Virus record (IMG/VR): IMGVR_UViG_3300032323_003201
Location: 1-64,000 of that record
Strand: one strand, 5' to 3'
DNA: 64,000 bases
Source of the DNA: a virus
A program made the position numbers and the translations under genes. The notes under the pieces were generated by a model, which saw only the letters and a program-made list of their open reading frames with translations, did not search any database and had not been told where the DNA came from. Positions 29,903 through 39,417 of the stretch are shown in pieces (the first letter of the stretch is position 1; each line of letters starts with the position of its first letter).

Positions 29903-30339
29903 TTTCTTCGTGAGATATCAACCTCAAAATACTCATGTAACTCTTTAATGTATTCATCAAATGGTAAAAAATCAAAATCACAGAAAATCTCTTCTATCAA
30001 ATCCTCACGACTGAAACAAGGCTCATGCTTGTAGGTTGTGATTTTTTCAGCAAGCTCATATTGTCGATCATCATTGATTGTGCCAATGACATATGGGATG
30101 GGGTAGAAGTATTTGGTGAGTGTGTAAAACTCTAGCTTGGTACTCTTATCCTTATCACCAGAGATGAAGATATCAAGCTTTTGGTAACCAATAAGAATAT
30201 GAAGCACAATCAAATCTTTCTCATACTCAATCAAAGAGTGACAAATAGATTTTGGATACCCCAATTCTTTCACCTTATCGCCTAATGTAGTGGATAGTGT
30301 TTGCAATTCTTCTTCAGAGAAAGAGAAAGTTAGGCTCAT
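29899..30339 (-). CDS. Hypothetical protein, antisense paralog array gene 4
   Basis: Start MSLTFSFSEEE with GGAG RBS. Lies between the 32-bp repeats. Confidence 0.65.
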   Translation of the reverse strand: MSLTFSFSEEELQTLSTTLGDKVKELGYPKSICHSLIEYEKDLIVLHILIGYQKLDIFISGDKDKSTKLEFYTLTKYFYPIPYVIGTINDDRQYELAEKITTYKHEPCFSREDLIEEIFCDFDFLPFDEYIKELHEYFEVDISRRN

Positions 30340-30351
30340 GGATAGACTCCT

Positions 30352-30383
30352 TTGAAATCTAGGATGAAGAACAATTAGGCTAA
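30352..30383 (+). repeat. 32-bp direct repeat, copy 2
   Basis: TTGAAATCTAGGATGAAGAACAATTAGGCTAA. Confidence 0.9.
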
Positions 30384-30727
30384 ATGAGTTTCTTATCACC
30401 AACAGGACAAGTATCAGTAAATAAAGCAAGGATTTGATCTAGTTTTAAACGATTGCTTACTTCGTTAGTGTAGTAATCATTATCAATCCATCCAGATGGT
30501 AAATACAACAGAGAGATGGAGTATGTGCCATCATTGTAATCAAACAAATACATGATCATCATGCCTTTGCTTTCACATTTGTAGCTAATCATAGCAACCT
30601 GTTCTTCTTCAACAAGCATGCTATCAAATTTTATACAGGTCTCATCAAGATCATATTTCTTTTTTGATGCATATAAGAAGAAATTGGATTTGATCGTTTC
30701 TTTTTGTTTTTGTGTGAGTTTTAGCAT
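30380..30727 (-). CDS. Hypothetical protein, antisense paralog array gene 3
   Basis: MLKLTQKQKETIKSN N-terminus similar to its neighbours. Confidence 0.65.
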   Translation of the reverse strand: MLKLTQKQKETIKSNFFLYASKKKYDLDETCIKFDSMLVEEEQVAMISYKCESKGMMIMYLFDYNDGTYSISLLYLPSGWIDNDYYTNEVSNRLKLDQILALFTDTCPVGDKKLI

Positions 30728-31122
30728 TTGTTTTTAAGGTATTCCTTCAAGCGTGTTGTTCGGTCAGTCAACCATTCATCTTGTAGACGCTGAGACTCTT
30801 TTGGATCAGGCCAAAAAGAATAAGCACATGTAATCAATCTCTCAACTAAAGCAGATCTAGTATCATTTGGGTATACAAGAGTTTCTTGAAAGCCAGAGTC
30901 TCCTATCTTAAATAGAATATCCTCTGTTGTTGATCCATCATCATTGAAGTGGTACATACAGCTATATGTACAAAAATCATAGAAAATGCTAATAGCATAC
31001 ATGGGATTACCCTCGATATCTATAGTATGCCTAAGTGGTTTTGTGTGTCCCATAGCTTGTAACTGCATGCACATATTACCAAGTATGAGAGCATGCTCTG
31101 CGTCTGTAAGTGTGATATCCAT
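30721..31122 (-). CDS. Hypothetical protein, antisense paralog array gene 2
   Basis: MDITLTDAEHALILGN. Its leader TGGAGCTTCCTTTATG is identical to that of the upstream gene. Confidence 0.65.
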   Translation of the reverse strand: MDITLTDAEHALILGNMCMQLQAMGHTKPLRHTIDIEGNPMYAISIFYDFCTYSCMYHFNDDGSTTEDILFKIGDSGFQETLVYPNDTRSALVERLITCAYSFWPDPKESQRLQDEWLTDRTTRLKEYLKNKC

Positions 31123-31154
31123 AAAGGAAGCTCCAGTGGTTTGCTTGTGTATTG

Positions 31155-31640
31155 TTAAGATTTTGATGGTGAATTAAAAGAGCCAATATATTGGTCCCCC
31201 AAAGAACGAATAGCATTTTTGAGTGCACCATTCATATGGTCAGCATATAAAAGATTACCAAACAAGATACCAATATCAAGAACATGGTCATTTAGAATAC
31301 TATTACTGCCAAAAAGAGTAAGAGCATCCTTGATATCCACAGATTTGTCTTGGTAGTCATGGGGGATAAGTAGAGACCCAGAGTCAAAACCCATTGGATA
31401 GAAAAAGACATGTATCTTGCATTTTTGTTCTTCGTTAACCATCTTTTCTTCTAAAACTACTCTCAAAGCAAGATGATTGTGCTTGTATTCAATCGTGGGA
31501 CAAATTGATTTTGGGTGATTGACTTCTTGAAATTCACAAGTTGCAATAGCATATTGTGTGTTGTCGAATTTCAGTCTTTTAAGAAAAGAAATTAGGTTTT
31601 GTTTGAGTTGCTCTTTTTGAGAAGCATTTAGTGTAAGCAT
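31155..31640 (-). CDS. Hypothetical protein, antisense paralog array gene 1
   Basis: MLTLNASQKEQLKQN with the same 16-nt leader, downstream of the early-type promoter motif. Confidence 0.65.
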   Translation of the reverse strand: MLTLNASQKEQLKQNLISFLKRLKFDNTQYAIATCEFQEVNHPKSICPTIEYKHNHLALRVVLEEKMVNEEQKCKIHVFFYPMGFDSGSLLIPHDYQDKSVDIKDALTLFGSNSILNDHVLDIGILFGNLLYADHMNGALKNAIRSLGDQYIGSFNSPSKS

Positions 31641-31671
31641 AAAGGAAGCTCCAATAGGTTATTGCATGGTT

Positions 31672-31732
31672 GATTTGCATATGTATATATATATGAATAT
31701 GTGATTTAGATCAAATAAAAAGTTAAATTTTT
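31672..31732 (-). promoter_or_regulatory. Putative early promoter (shared motif) driving the paralog array
   Basis: The minus strand reads AAAAATTTAACTTTTTATTTGATC...TATATATACATATGCAAAT. Confidence 0.55.
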
Positions 31733-31831
31733 AAACTTTTCTTAGATCATAGAAAATAACTAATTTTTATTCTGTTGCATGAATATTAACTATGCTATAT
31801 ATCAAAGCACTTATCTTTTGATGGAGTAAAA

Positions 31832-32299
31832 ATGAGTAAGAAAGAAACAATTGATTTGAGAAAGATCAAGGCAGATGCTGAGTCTTTAGTAGAGAAAAAA
31901 GAAGATGATTTAGTCAGTAGGGAAGAGAGCTTTTCTATTGAATATGTTGCACCAACAGGCAAACAATTCAGAGCTGATCTTCTCTCTTGTGTCATGGATA
32001 CAGAGAGTAGGCTAGCAATGAATAGGGTTTTACAAAGTCTGTGCATGGGGGTTGTTTTTGATAACCTACCAACAGAAGAAAAATACAGATTACAAGGTCT
32101 TGCTCGTTGTCTAGTACAGCTCAAAGACCCACCAGAGTGGTTAACAGAATGGATTGGTCAAGACAATCAACTGCTTATACAAATTTTGAATACCTTGATT
32201 GAGCATGAAGCTCTTTTTTTTGGAGCAAGCTCCAAAGAGGGTGAAGAGGCTAAGGGACAAAAGCGAATTTCAATTACTGCAAAGTTTACTACCAGATAG
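31832..32299 (+). CDS. Tail assembly chaperone
   Basis: Lies upstream of the tape measure gene with GGAG RBS. LVQLKDPPEWL pattern, and a T8 slippery run near the 3' end. Confidence 0.7.
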   Translation: MSKKETIDLRKIKADAESLVEKKEDDLVSREESFSIEYVAPTGKQFRADLLSCVMDTESRLAMNRVLQSLCMGVVFDNLPTEEKYRLQGLARCLVQLKDPPEWLTEWIGQDNQLLIQILNTLIEHEALFFGASSKEGEEAKGQKRISITAKFTTR

Positions 32300-32525
32300 A
32301 ATTAAATACCACCTCTCAATTGAAAATTATTATTCGTGGGAAAATCTTGAGCTTGCCATGCTCCACTGCACACAAGAAACATTTGAGCAAGCCTTCCCCC
32401 ATCTTTATGCTAAAATCGAATTTACAGATGGGATTGCTCTCACAGGTATAGGTGAGATAGACAAGATGGAACAGGCTCTAGCAAGAGGAGAAGATCTAAA
32501 TGAGTACCTCGCAACCTACAAATAA
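32214..32525 (+). CDS. Probable frameshift extension of the tail assembly chaperone (GT-like)
   Basis: Overlapping ORF in the +1 frame beginning around CTTTTTTTTG (T8 at 32214-32221), with no obvious RBS of its own. Confidence 0.55.
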   Translation, partial: FFLEQAPKRVKRLRDKSEFQLLQSLLPDRIKYHLSIENYYSWENLELAMLHCTQETFEQAFPHLYAKIEFTDGIALTGIGEIDKMEQALARGEDLNEYLATYK

Positions 32526-34050
32526 CCAAATACCACCACCTATGGGAGTAGCTCAACCACAAATCACAGAGCCACCCCAAGCACAGCCTACAATTGCACC
32601 ACCCACAAGCACACCACAAGCAACAGGCTCAGGTGGTATCATCACTGCGATGAATGGGTTGTCAGCAGTACTCAAGCAACTCATTGAGATTAATCAAAAG
32701 CTGATTGCAAGCAATAACCTAACTGCACAAGCAACACAGCAAGCAACACAGCAAGCAACAGCACAAGCTAAGGCAGAAAAGGCAGAGAAAGAGAAAGAGG
32801 TAACCTTTCAACAGCTTGAACAAAAGATAGCTCAAATTGTTGGCAAGGTGGGTCAAGTGGGTGGTGCAACCAATGGGTTTGCAGGCCAACTCTCTGCTAT
32901 CCCTTTTGGTCTTGGTGGCTTGCTTGCATCTCAATTCTCTACCTTGATGGGTGCAGCAGACCAAGCCTCTAGCTATGGGTCAAGCCTTGCAGATTTAAAG
33001 GGTCTTGGTGGTAGTGGGATAGGTGGATTTGCTGGCAAGGGATATAAATCAGGTGAAGCCTTCTCTATTCAAAAAGCGATTGCCATGAGTGGTGGGTCTC
33101 TAAGTGTTGATCAAGCGATTGCAAGTGAGCAAAGAGGCTTGGGAGCTGGTCTAGTCGCTAGTGTGCAAAAGCTTGGTGATGTAGTAGGCAAGCAAGCAAA
33201 TTTAGGTGTATCACTCGCAAGCTCACTAATGGGACAAGATTTATCACCTGAGCAAAGACGATCAGGTCTGTCATCCATTCAAGGCATGCTCTCTCAAAGA
33301 ATGGGGGGTGATTTATCTCTTGCAAGCACCAATAGCACTGAGCTACTTCGTAAAATCAGTGATTCAAGTAGTAAAGGCACAAGTTTTCTCCAAACAATAA
33401 GCGATATTCAAAAAGAGGATGCATTAAAGAAAGGTATCATTGCATCTGATCCAATAGAAACTTTTAATCGTAAGCTATCCACACAGCAAGCAGGTCTATT
33501 ACTCGCACAACAACAGGCTGATGTAATCAAAGCAAGACCTGATCTTAGCTTGTCCCAACAATTACAGCTCTCAAGATACAATTTCATGGGTCAATCCTTG
33601 CCACCAGAGATAGCAGATGCATTCAAGGAATTGCCTCTCATACTTGGTAAAGGGAAGGGTGATTTTAGTGCGATTGGTAGGGGTGGGATTGCCTCTGCTC
33701 AAGCAAGTGCAGAGATGCAAATTATCAATTCAGCTTTAGGCAATTCAAGCTCAATTATTTCAGCAATCCAAGCAGACACAAGAGTGAGAAGAACGAATAT
33801 TTCCACCCAACAAGATTATGAAGAGCTAGGTAAGACAGGGGAAACTGCTGCACAAGCTTTAAGTGTTGGTCTCACAGTGCTTTCTAAGGGTGTAAATACG
33901 CTTGCTGGTGCTATGAATAAGACGATTGAAGCAGTGGAAAAACTCACTGAGAAATTTAGTTTTAGTGGTTTTGGTAATCCATTTAAGAGCGAACCACCAA
34001 AAGTAAAGCAAGAAAATCGTAAGGCAGGGGAGGCTAGCAAGCTACCATGA
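32500..34050 (+). CDS. Tape measure protein (short)
   Basis: Ala/Gly/Ser/Gln-rich helical protein between the chaperone and baseplate genes. Confidence 0.65.
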   Translation: MSTSQPTNNQIPPPMGVAQPQITEPPQAQPTIAPPTSTPQATGSGGIITAMNGLSAVLKQLIEINQKLIASNNLTAQATQQATQQATAQAKAEKAEKEKEVTFQQLEQKIAQIVGKVGQVGGATNGFAGQLSAIPFGLGGLLASQFSTLMGAADQASSYGSSLADLKGLGGSGIGGFAGKGYKSGEAFSIQKAIAMSGGSLSVDQAIASEQRGLGAGLVASVQKLGDVVGKQANLGVSLASSLMGQDLSPEQRRSGLSSIQGMLSQRMGGDLSLASTNSTELLRKISDSSSKGTSFLQTISDIQKEDALKKGIIASDPIETFNRKLSTQQAGLLLAQQQADVIKARPDLSLSQQLQLSRYNFMGQSLPPEIADAFKELPLILGKGKGDFSAIGRGGIASAQASAEMQIINSALGNSSSIISAIQADTRVRRTNISTQQDYEELGKTGETAAQALSVGLTVLSKGVNTLAGAMNKTIEAVEKLTEKFSFSGFGNPFKSEPPKVKQENRKAGEASKLP

Positions 34051-35549
34051 TTAGAGTTTATATTTTAGGATTAGAAAGCCTTGATATTACAAAGTTTGTG
34101 ACAAGCTTTTCCTTTTCCAAAGCAATTGATTTAACAAGTAATAAGGCAAGTATGAGCCTTGACATGTTTAGCACAAGCATAGATAACTTGTTTAAGAATG
34201 GGGATAACTTCGCACTCAAAGGCAAGCAAATCACAATCAAATATGCAGACCAGCTTATCTATTGGGGTTTTATTGATAGCATTTCAATAGATACAATTTA
34301 TGATGATATGGGTCTTGAAATCACAACATGCTCACTCTCTTGCGATAGTATCTTTACTAGGCTCTTAAACTCTGAGATTGTCCATTCAAATACAACAAAA
34401 TTGTTTGGCTCTGTGACAAGTCAGACACTGGCTGATTATGGTGCATATCTTAGCCAAGAGAATGACTTTGGTAAAATCCTACAATACACCCTTGACCAAT
34501 TTGCCTTTGCCAAAGCACCACTTGCACTATTTGAGCAGAGCCTTAAAATCGCAGAGCTAATCAATGTTTGCGATGGTGTGTCAAATTACCACCTGCCTAT
34601 TCTCGCTCAATATTCAAATCCAAGCAATAAGGTTTTCTCTATCCTAAAGCAAGGCTTAGTCAACCCCAATGATAAGTTGCTTACACTACAAAAATTCATG
34701 ACCATATTTCAGCAGACACCTGAGCTTGTAGAGTTTTTCTTCGTACTCTTACCTTACCAAGAGAGCTATAAAATTGAGCAATCAAAGAAGGTGCTTTATA
34801 AAGCTTTGGGAGCTGTGCCTACAATCATCTTTAGGTACAAGCCACTGCCACCCAAATTCAATATCAACCAAAAGACACTTGAGAAGGTGCGTGATACTAG
34901 ACTCATCTCTAAGGCCACACTTGGTAAAACATACACAGAGGATACAAGCGATAGATCTAAAATAGAATACCTAAAGATACCATCACACCAAATACTTTCC
35001 ATTGCATACGATATTGATGATGAGATGGTCAATACTGTGTCTGTTTACAATGGTGTGAGCGATAACAATTCAAGTGTTGCATTCAACCTTGCATCAAGTT
35101 TAAACCACCTAATCATGAATAAGGTTGACGCAGAAGAATTTGGCATATCCCACAAGGTCATTACTAACTTTTATGTAGAAGATCGTAATCCTCTCATATC
35201 TGCCAAGCTGACAGAGCTGGGGTTTTGCTTACATGGTGATGGTGCATATTATAGTAAAGGCATTGTGAAGCTCGCTTTATCATTTACCCAATCCCTTGTT
35301 GTTGGGATATGGTGTGATATGTCAATCAATGGGTCAAGCTTTACATGCTATATCACCAAGCTTGATTATAAGATGAGCTTGTCTGCATCTGGTGTACAAG
35401 AGGGATACATTGAAATGCACTTTGAGAGAGGTAGTAAAAATAGGTTGCCTCTATTCTATCCCAAGCAAGTCACACAAGACTATCAAGATAATGGTGCAAG
35501 CAAGCCTATCAACCCAATCCCCAAAGCTGACACTGAAAAGAGAGGTTAG
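34047..35549 (+). CDS. Putative baseplate hub protein
   Basis: Synteny. LDITKFVTSFSFSK...YWGFIDSI pattern typical of hub (gp27-like) proteins. Confidence 0.55.
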   Translation: MIRVYILGLESLDITKFVTSFSFSKAIDLTSNKASMSLDMFSTSIDNLFKNGDNFALKGKQITIKYADQLIYWGFIDSISIDTIYDDMGLEITTCSLSCDSIFTRLLNSEIVHSNTTKLFGSVTSQTLADYGAYLSQENDFGKILQYTLDQFAFAKAPLALFEQSLKIAELINVCDGVSNYHLPILAQYSNPSNKVFSILKQGLVNPNDKLLTLQKFMTIFQQTPELVEFFFVLLPYQESYKIEQSKKVLYKALGAVPTIIFRYKPLPPKFNINQKTLEKVRDTRLISKATLGKTYTEDTSDRSKIEYLKIPSHQILSIAYDIDDEMVNTVSVYNGVSDNNSSVAFNLASSLNHLIMNKVDAEEFGISHKVITNFYVEDRNPLISAKLTELGFCLHGDGAYYSKGIVKLALSFTQSLVVGIWCDMSINGSSFTCYITKLDYKMSLSASGVQEGYIEMHFERGSKNRLPLFYPKQVTQDYQDNGASKPINPIPKADTEKRG

Positions 35550-35553
35550 TATT

Positions 35554-36246
35554 ATGCAAATTTGTAAGGGAAAAGTACAAGCAATCTCTAAGAATGATAG
35601 TGGTGAGCTATTGTATACGATACAGCTAGAAGATGGTTGTATTGTGAGCAATGCTAGGCAACTGAGCTGGGGTGGTAGTGATACTAGATTTAGTGTGCAA
35701 CCCATTGCAGAAGGTGCAATTGTGGTGCTTTTATTTGAGCCTAAATTCCTGCCTATCATACTTGGTTGCATTGCAGATATACAAGATAGGCAGTCAATCG
35801 GTTTAGGTATATCAACCAAGCCTATCACAAGCGATTTGAATGCAATTAGCCACTTAGACACACACCTATCAAATGCTAGAGGAAGCATAAACTTGGGTGT
35901 CAATGGGATTACTCTTGATAGTGATATCATTCGTATGCAACTCAATAAGCTCAGAATTTCGCACGATGGAAGCACAAGTGATTTGGCTATCAATGGACAA
36001 GCTTTTATTGATGCTCTCACCTCGCAACTGTCCTTCTATGTAAGCCACATGATTATCCAAAATTCAATCATGCTTAGTATTATCACAAGCCTTGCAAGTA
36101 AAGGTATTTTAACACCACAGGAAGCAGCAACACTAACAACTACTTTGACCAATAGCACAGCTCTCAATTTAAGTGAGCATGTGCCAACAAGTCAGGTTAG
36201 AGACGCTTTACTTGCTACACTAAACACACGAATAGAGCTACCATAG
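35554..36246 (+). CDS. Putative baseplate spike/puncturing protein (OB-fold N-terminus)
   Basis: GKVQAI...EGAIVVLLF...PIILGCI pattern and synteny. Start moved to ATG 35554. Confidence 0.55.
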   Translation: MQICKGKVQAISKNDSGELLYTIQLEDGCIVSNARQLSWGGSDTRFSVQPIAEGAIVVLLFEPKFLPIILGCIADIQDRQSIGLGISTKPITSDLNAISHLDTHLSNARGSINLGVNGITLDSDIIRMQLNKLRISHDGSTSDLAINGQAFIDALTSQLSFYVSHMIIQNSIMLSIITSLASKGILTPQEAATLTTTLTNSTALNLSEHVPTSQVRDALLATLNTRIELP

Positions 36247-36256
36247 GAGCATAAGC

Positions 36257-38017
36257 ATGAAGTTAGGTATCAAAGGCAAGGTTGAGAAAAAAGGGATTTT
36301 TGACAAGGTGAGTGGTGTCATGGATCAGGTCATGGATGTGGTTGATAGTGTGGTTAGATTACCTATTGACTATTATTTAGAGCTGTATCAAGGTGGGAAG
36401 AGGGTCAAGGTTGTTGTCCTACCTTCCCAACCACAAGGGTTTAGCATAGAGAGAGAAACACCTAGCAAGCTAGAATACACCTTTGATGATCAATCTGTGT
36501 TTAGACAGGTTGGCACACCTCGTAAGGCAAGCATAGCAATCAAGGGAAAGGTAGGTCTTGGAGCTAGGCTAGGGAGCAAGGCAAGTGGTATCATAGGCTT
36601 TCTCACACCTGATCAATTGGTGCAAGAGTTTGGTGATTTCTTACATGAGTATGGTGAGCAAGCAAGGTCAGAGAAGAACAAGATTTTTCTTGATTTTACA
36701 GAGCTAGACACCTTCCTAAAGGATAAGAGAACCACCCTCGTTTTTAGAGCAGTGCAAGAGCAAGTCAATGCCAAGGTAGAGGTTAAGCGTTGGCGTGCTG
36801 ATAGAACAAGGTTGTCATATGATTGGACACTTGATTTAGAAGCCTATGATCAAGCTGTGCCACCAGAGAAATCATGGTATGACCAAGTGATGGATGTGGT
36901 TAAGGATGTAGAGAAGCTCACAAATTCAATTCGTGCATTTGGTGCAGTGGCAAATAATGTGGCAACCAATGCAAGTAATGTGGTTTCTAGTGTCAGTAGT
37001 GCGATTAAGAATGTTGCTCTCTTACCTATCACTATTGCAAGTGATTTCAAAAATTCATGGAAAACCTTGGGTGGTATAATTGACACGATCAAGGACGCAA
37101 TCAAGCAAATCAAATCTGCATATGGTGATGATGAGGCAACAGGTGTAAGCACAACAGCACAAGCAAGCTGGGAAATAAGGGGGTTATCCTTTGGTGATGC
37201 AATTCGTGTACAATGGAAAAATAGCAATATCCCTAATTTATCTCAAGGCACACCCATTGATTTAAATCTTCTTATCTTAACCCAAAGCTTAGAAGATCTT
37301 GCATACACCCTTGAGCTATTACAAGGCTATATTACACCCAGTCTAAAGAGTGATGATTTGGCCAAAGGCTTTCTTAGGACAGAGAGAGGCTTTAAACAAC
37401 TCTCTGCATTCAATCAAGGTTTTGATACCACCCCAAGTGTTGAGCAAGATCCTTATCCCACCTTTGAATATACTCTTAGAGTAGGTGAGAATTTACTTAC
37501 CATTGCCACAGATTTACTGAATGCACCATCTGATTGGCACAAGCTTGCCAAGCTCAATTCATGCCTTGATGCTCACACTAAAAGAGATGGGTCAATCCTA
37601 CAAGCAGGGGACATTATCCTTGTGCCAACAGATGAGGCAATCCCAAGCTTTGCACCCAACCAATACACTAGCGATTTAAAGCTAATAGATGGTGACCTTG
37701 TACTTGGTAGTGATGATCTTGCTCTTGTCTCTGGCATGGTTGCAATTAAACAATCACTTGTTTATAGGCTCACAACAGAGAAGGGACAGCTCACACTATT
37801 CCCCAACTTTGGTATACAAAAAATCATTGGCTCAAAGAATGTGAACAAGGTTAATTCTTACCTTGCTGTGGATATTAAAGAACAAATTTTAAGTGATACT
37901 AGAATTATTGATGTGCCAAGCATTTCAATCGTGGCAGATGGTGATGGGGTTGCCATAGATTTATCATGTCGCACTACACTAAATGATGATAGTATCTCTC
38001 TCATTGCACCAATATAG
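36257..38017 (+). CDS. Tail/baseplate protein with LysM-like and C-terminal gp25-like wedge domains
   Basis: YTLRVGENLLTIA...WHKLAKLN...LQAGDIILVP (LysM-like), then DLALVSG..AIKQSL..RLTTEKG....PNFG...ILSDTRI (gp25-like). Confidence 0.75.
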   Translation: MKLGIKGKVEKKGIFDKVSGVMDQVMDVVDSVVRLPIDYYLELYQGGKRVKVVVLPSQPQGFSIERETPSKLEYTFDDQSVFRQVGTPRKASIAIKGKVGLGARLGSKASGIIGFLTPDQLVQEFGDFLHEYGEQARSEKNKIFLDFTELDTFLKDKRTTLVFRAVQEQVNAKVEVKRWRADRTRLSYDWTLDLEAYDQAVPPEKSWYDQVMDVVKDVEKLTNSIRAFGAVANNVATNASNVVSSVSSAIKNVALLPITIASDFKNSWKTLGGIIDTIKDAIKQIKSAYGDDEATGVSTTAQASWEIRGLSFGDAIRVQWKNSNIPNLSQGTPIDLNLLILTQSLEDLAYTLELLQGYITPSLKSDDLAKGFLRTERGFKQLSAFNQGFDTTPSVEQDPYPTFEYTLRVGENLLTIATDLLNAPSDWHKLAKLNSCLDAHTKRDGSILQAGDIILVPTDEAIPSFAPNQYTSDLKLIDGDLVLGSDDLALVSGMVAIKQSLVYRLTTEKGQLTLFPNFGIQKIIGSKNVNKVNSYLAVDIKEQILSDTRIIDVPSISIVADGDGVAIDLSCRTTLNDDSISLIAPI

Positions 38018-38027
38018 GATTTGAATT

Positions 38028-39416
38028 ATGCCATATACACCTAAACCAGCTCTTGAAATATTAAGAGATTTGACAGCCATGACAATTGGTAGGACAGGTC
38101 TAAATGATATCTCTAATGGGTCTATTTTAACCACCCTCTTCTCTGCGATTGCACAGGAATTAGCTAGTGTAGAGAGAAAGCTCGTGTCTATTCGTGAGAG
38201 CTATTTCTTTGATACTGTTTCAGGGGTTGAGCTAGATGAGAGAGTGAGAGAGCTACCTCTTGGCACTGTGAGAAGATTACAAGCAAGCCATGCAAGTGGT
38301 GCAATCATTGAAGTGACTAGAGATGATACAAGTGAGAGCCTTACAATCCCTGCAGGTAGTGAGGTTGTATGCTCTCGCACTAGCATGACATATAGAACGA
38401 TTGAGGATTACACCATGGTTGTTGGTGCGTCTACTCGCTCAGGTATTTTTGTTGTTGCAAGTCAACCAGGTAGTCTTGGGAATTGTGCTATTGGGGAAAT
38501 TGACAAGATTAAATCCATGCCTGATACCATTCTATCATGCACCAATACCATTGCTCTAAATAATGGATTCGATGAAGAGGATGACAGTAGTCTTAGAGCA
38601 AGAGCTAAAACATATCTCAATTCACTTTCTCGTTCACAAAAGGCAGCACTTGAATTTCTAGCTGTGTCCTTCGTTGGTAGCACAGGGGAAAGGCTAAGAT
38701 ATGCCAAGCTTGTTGAGCCAGAGAATAGGCCTGCCTATAGTGAATTGTATGTGGATGATGGCACAGCTGAGATGAGTGTGAATACTCGCTCAAGAGTAGG
38801 CAAGGCAATTGGGGGGATTGTGCCTGTTGGTGGCCAAAGGGTCTTATACCATGAAGCACCTGCAACAGCACCTATCACAGCTAATCAAATTCGTATCAAT
38901 GGGTTAGCGATTGCATCAAGTCGTATCATCTCTTTACCAGAGAGAGGCCTAGTTTATGTGCAAGGGTTGCAAGCTGGGGATGAATGGAGCATTGGGGAAA
39001 GCTCACCATATAGGGTCTATACAGGTATTATCGCTGAAATACAAAGAGAGATTGAGGGTGATTTAGATGAGCCTACAAGGATGACAGGCTTTAGAGCAGC
39101 AGGCACAAGGGTTGTTGTAAAAGCAATCACACCCACAGTTATATCCCTACTTGTCAATCTTAAGGTAAAGCCAACTTATTCAGCAAGTGTTGTGCAATCA
39201 GCTGTTGTCCAAGCCTTGGTTGCCTATATCAATTCACTTGCACCCACAGATACATTATATGTCTCACAGCTTGTCAATATTTGCATGGATATTGATGGTG
39301 TGCTTGACATTGCCTTTATCAATGCAGATGAGACACCACTACAAAATATTGAGCCACAAACCTCTTCACCCACACGAATAAAAACAGAAAATATTACAGT
39401 TAGAGTAGGAGCTTAA
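38028..39416 (+). CDS. Baseplate J-like wedge protein
   Basis: GSILTTLFSAIA, G.ELDERV, IPAGS, GSLGN and NGFDEEDDSSLRARA motifs. Confidence 0.88.
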   Translation: MPYTPKPALEILRDLTAMTIGRTGLNDISNGSILTTLFSAIAQELASVERKLVSIRESYFFDTVSGVELDERVRELPLGTVRRLQASHASGAIIEVTRDDTSESLTIPAGSEVVCSRTSMTYRTIEDYTMVVGASTRSGIFVVASQPGSLGNCAIGEIDKIKSMPDTILSCTNTIALNNGFDEEDDSSLRARAKTYLNSLSRSQKAALEFLAVSFVGSTGERLRYAKLVEPENRPAYSELYVDDGTAEMSVNTRSRVGKAIGGIVPVGGQRVLYHEAPATAPITANQIRINGLAIASSRIISLPERGLVYVQGLQAGDEWSIGESSPYRVYTGIIAEIQREIEGDLDEPTRMTGFRAAGTRVVVKAITPTVISLLVNLKVKPTYSASVVQSAVVQALVAYINSLAPTDTLYVSQLVNICMDIDGVLDIAFINADETPLQNIEPQTSSPTRIKTENITVRVGA

Positions 39417-39417
39417 C

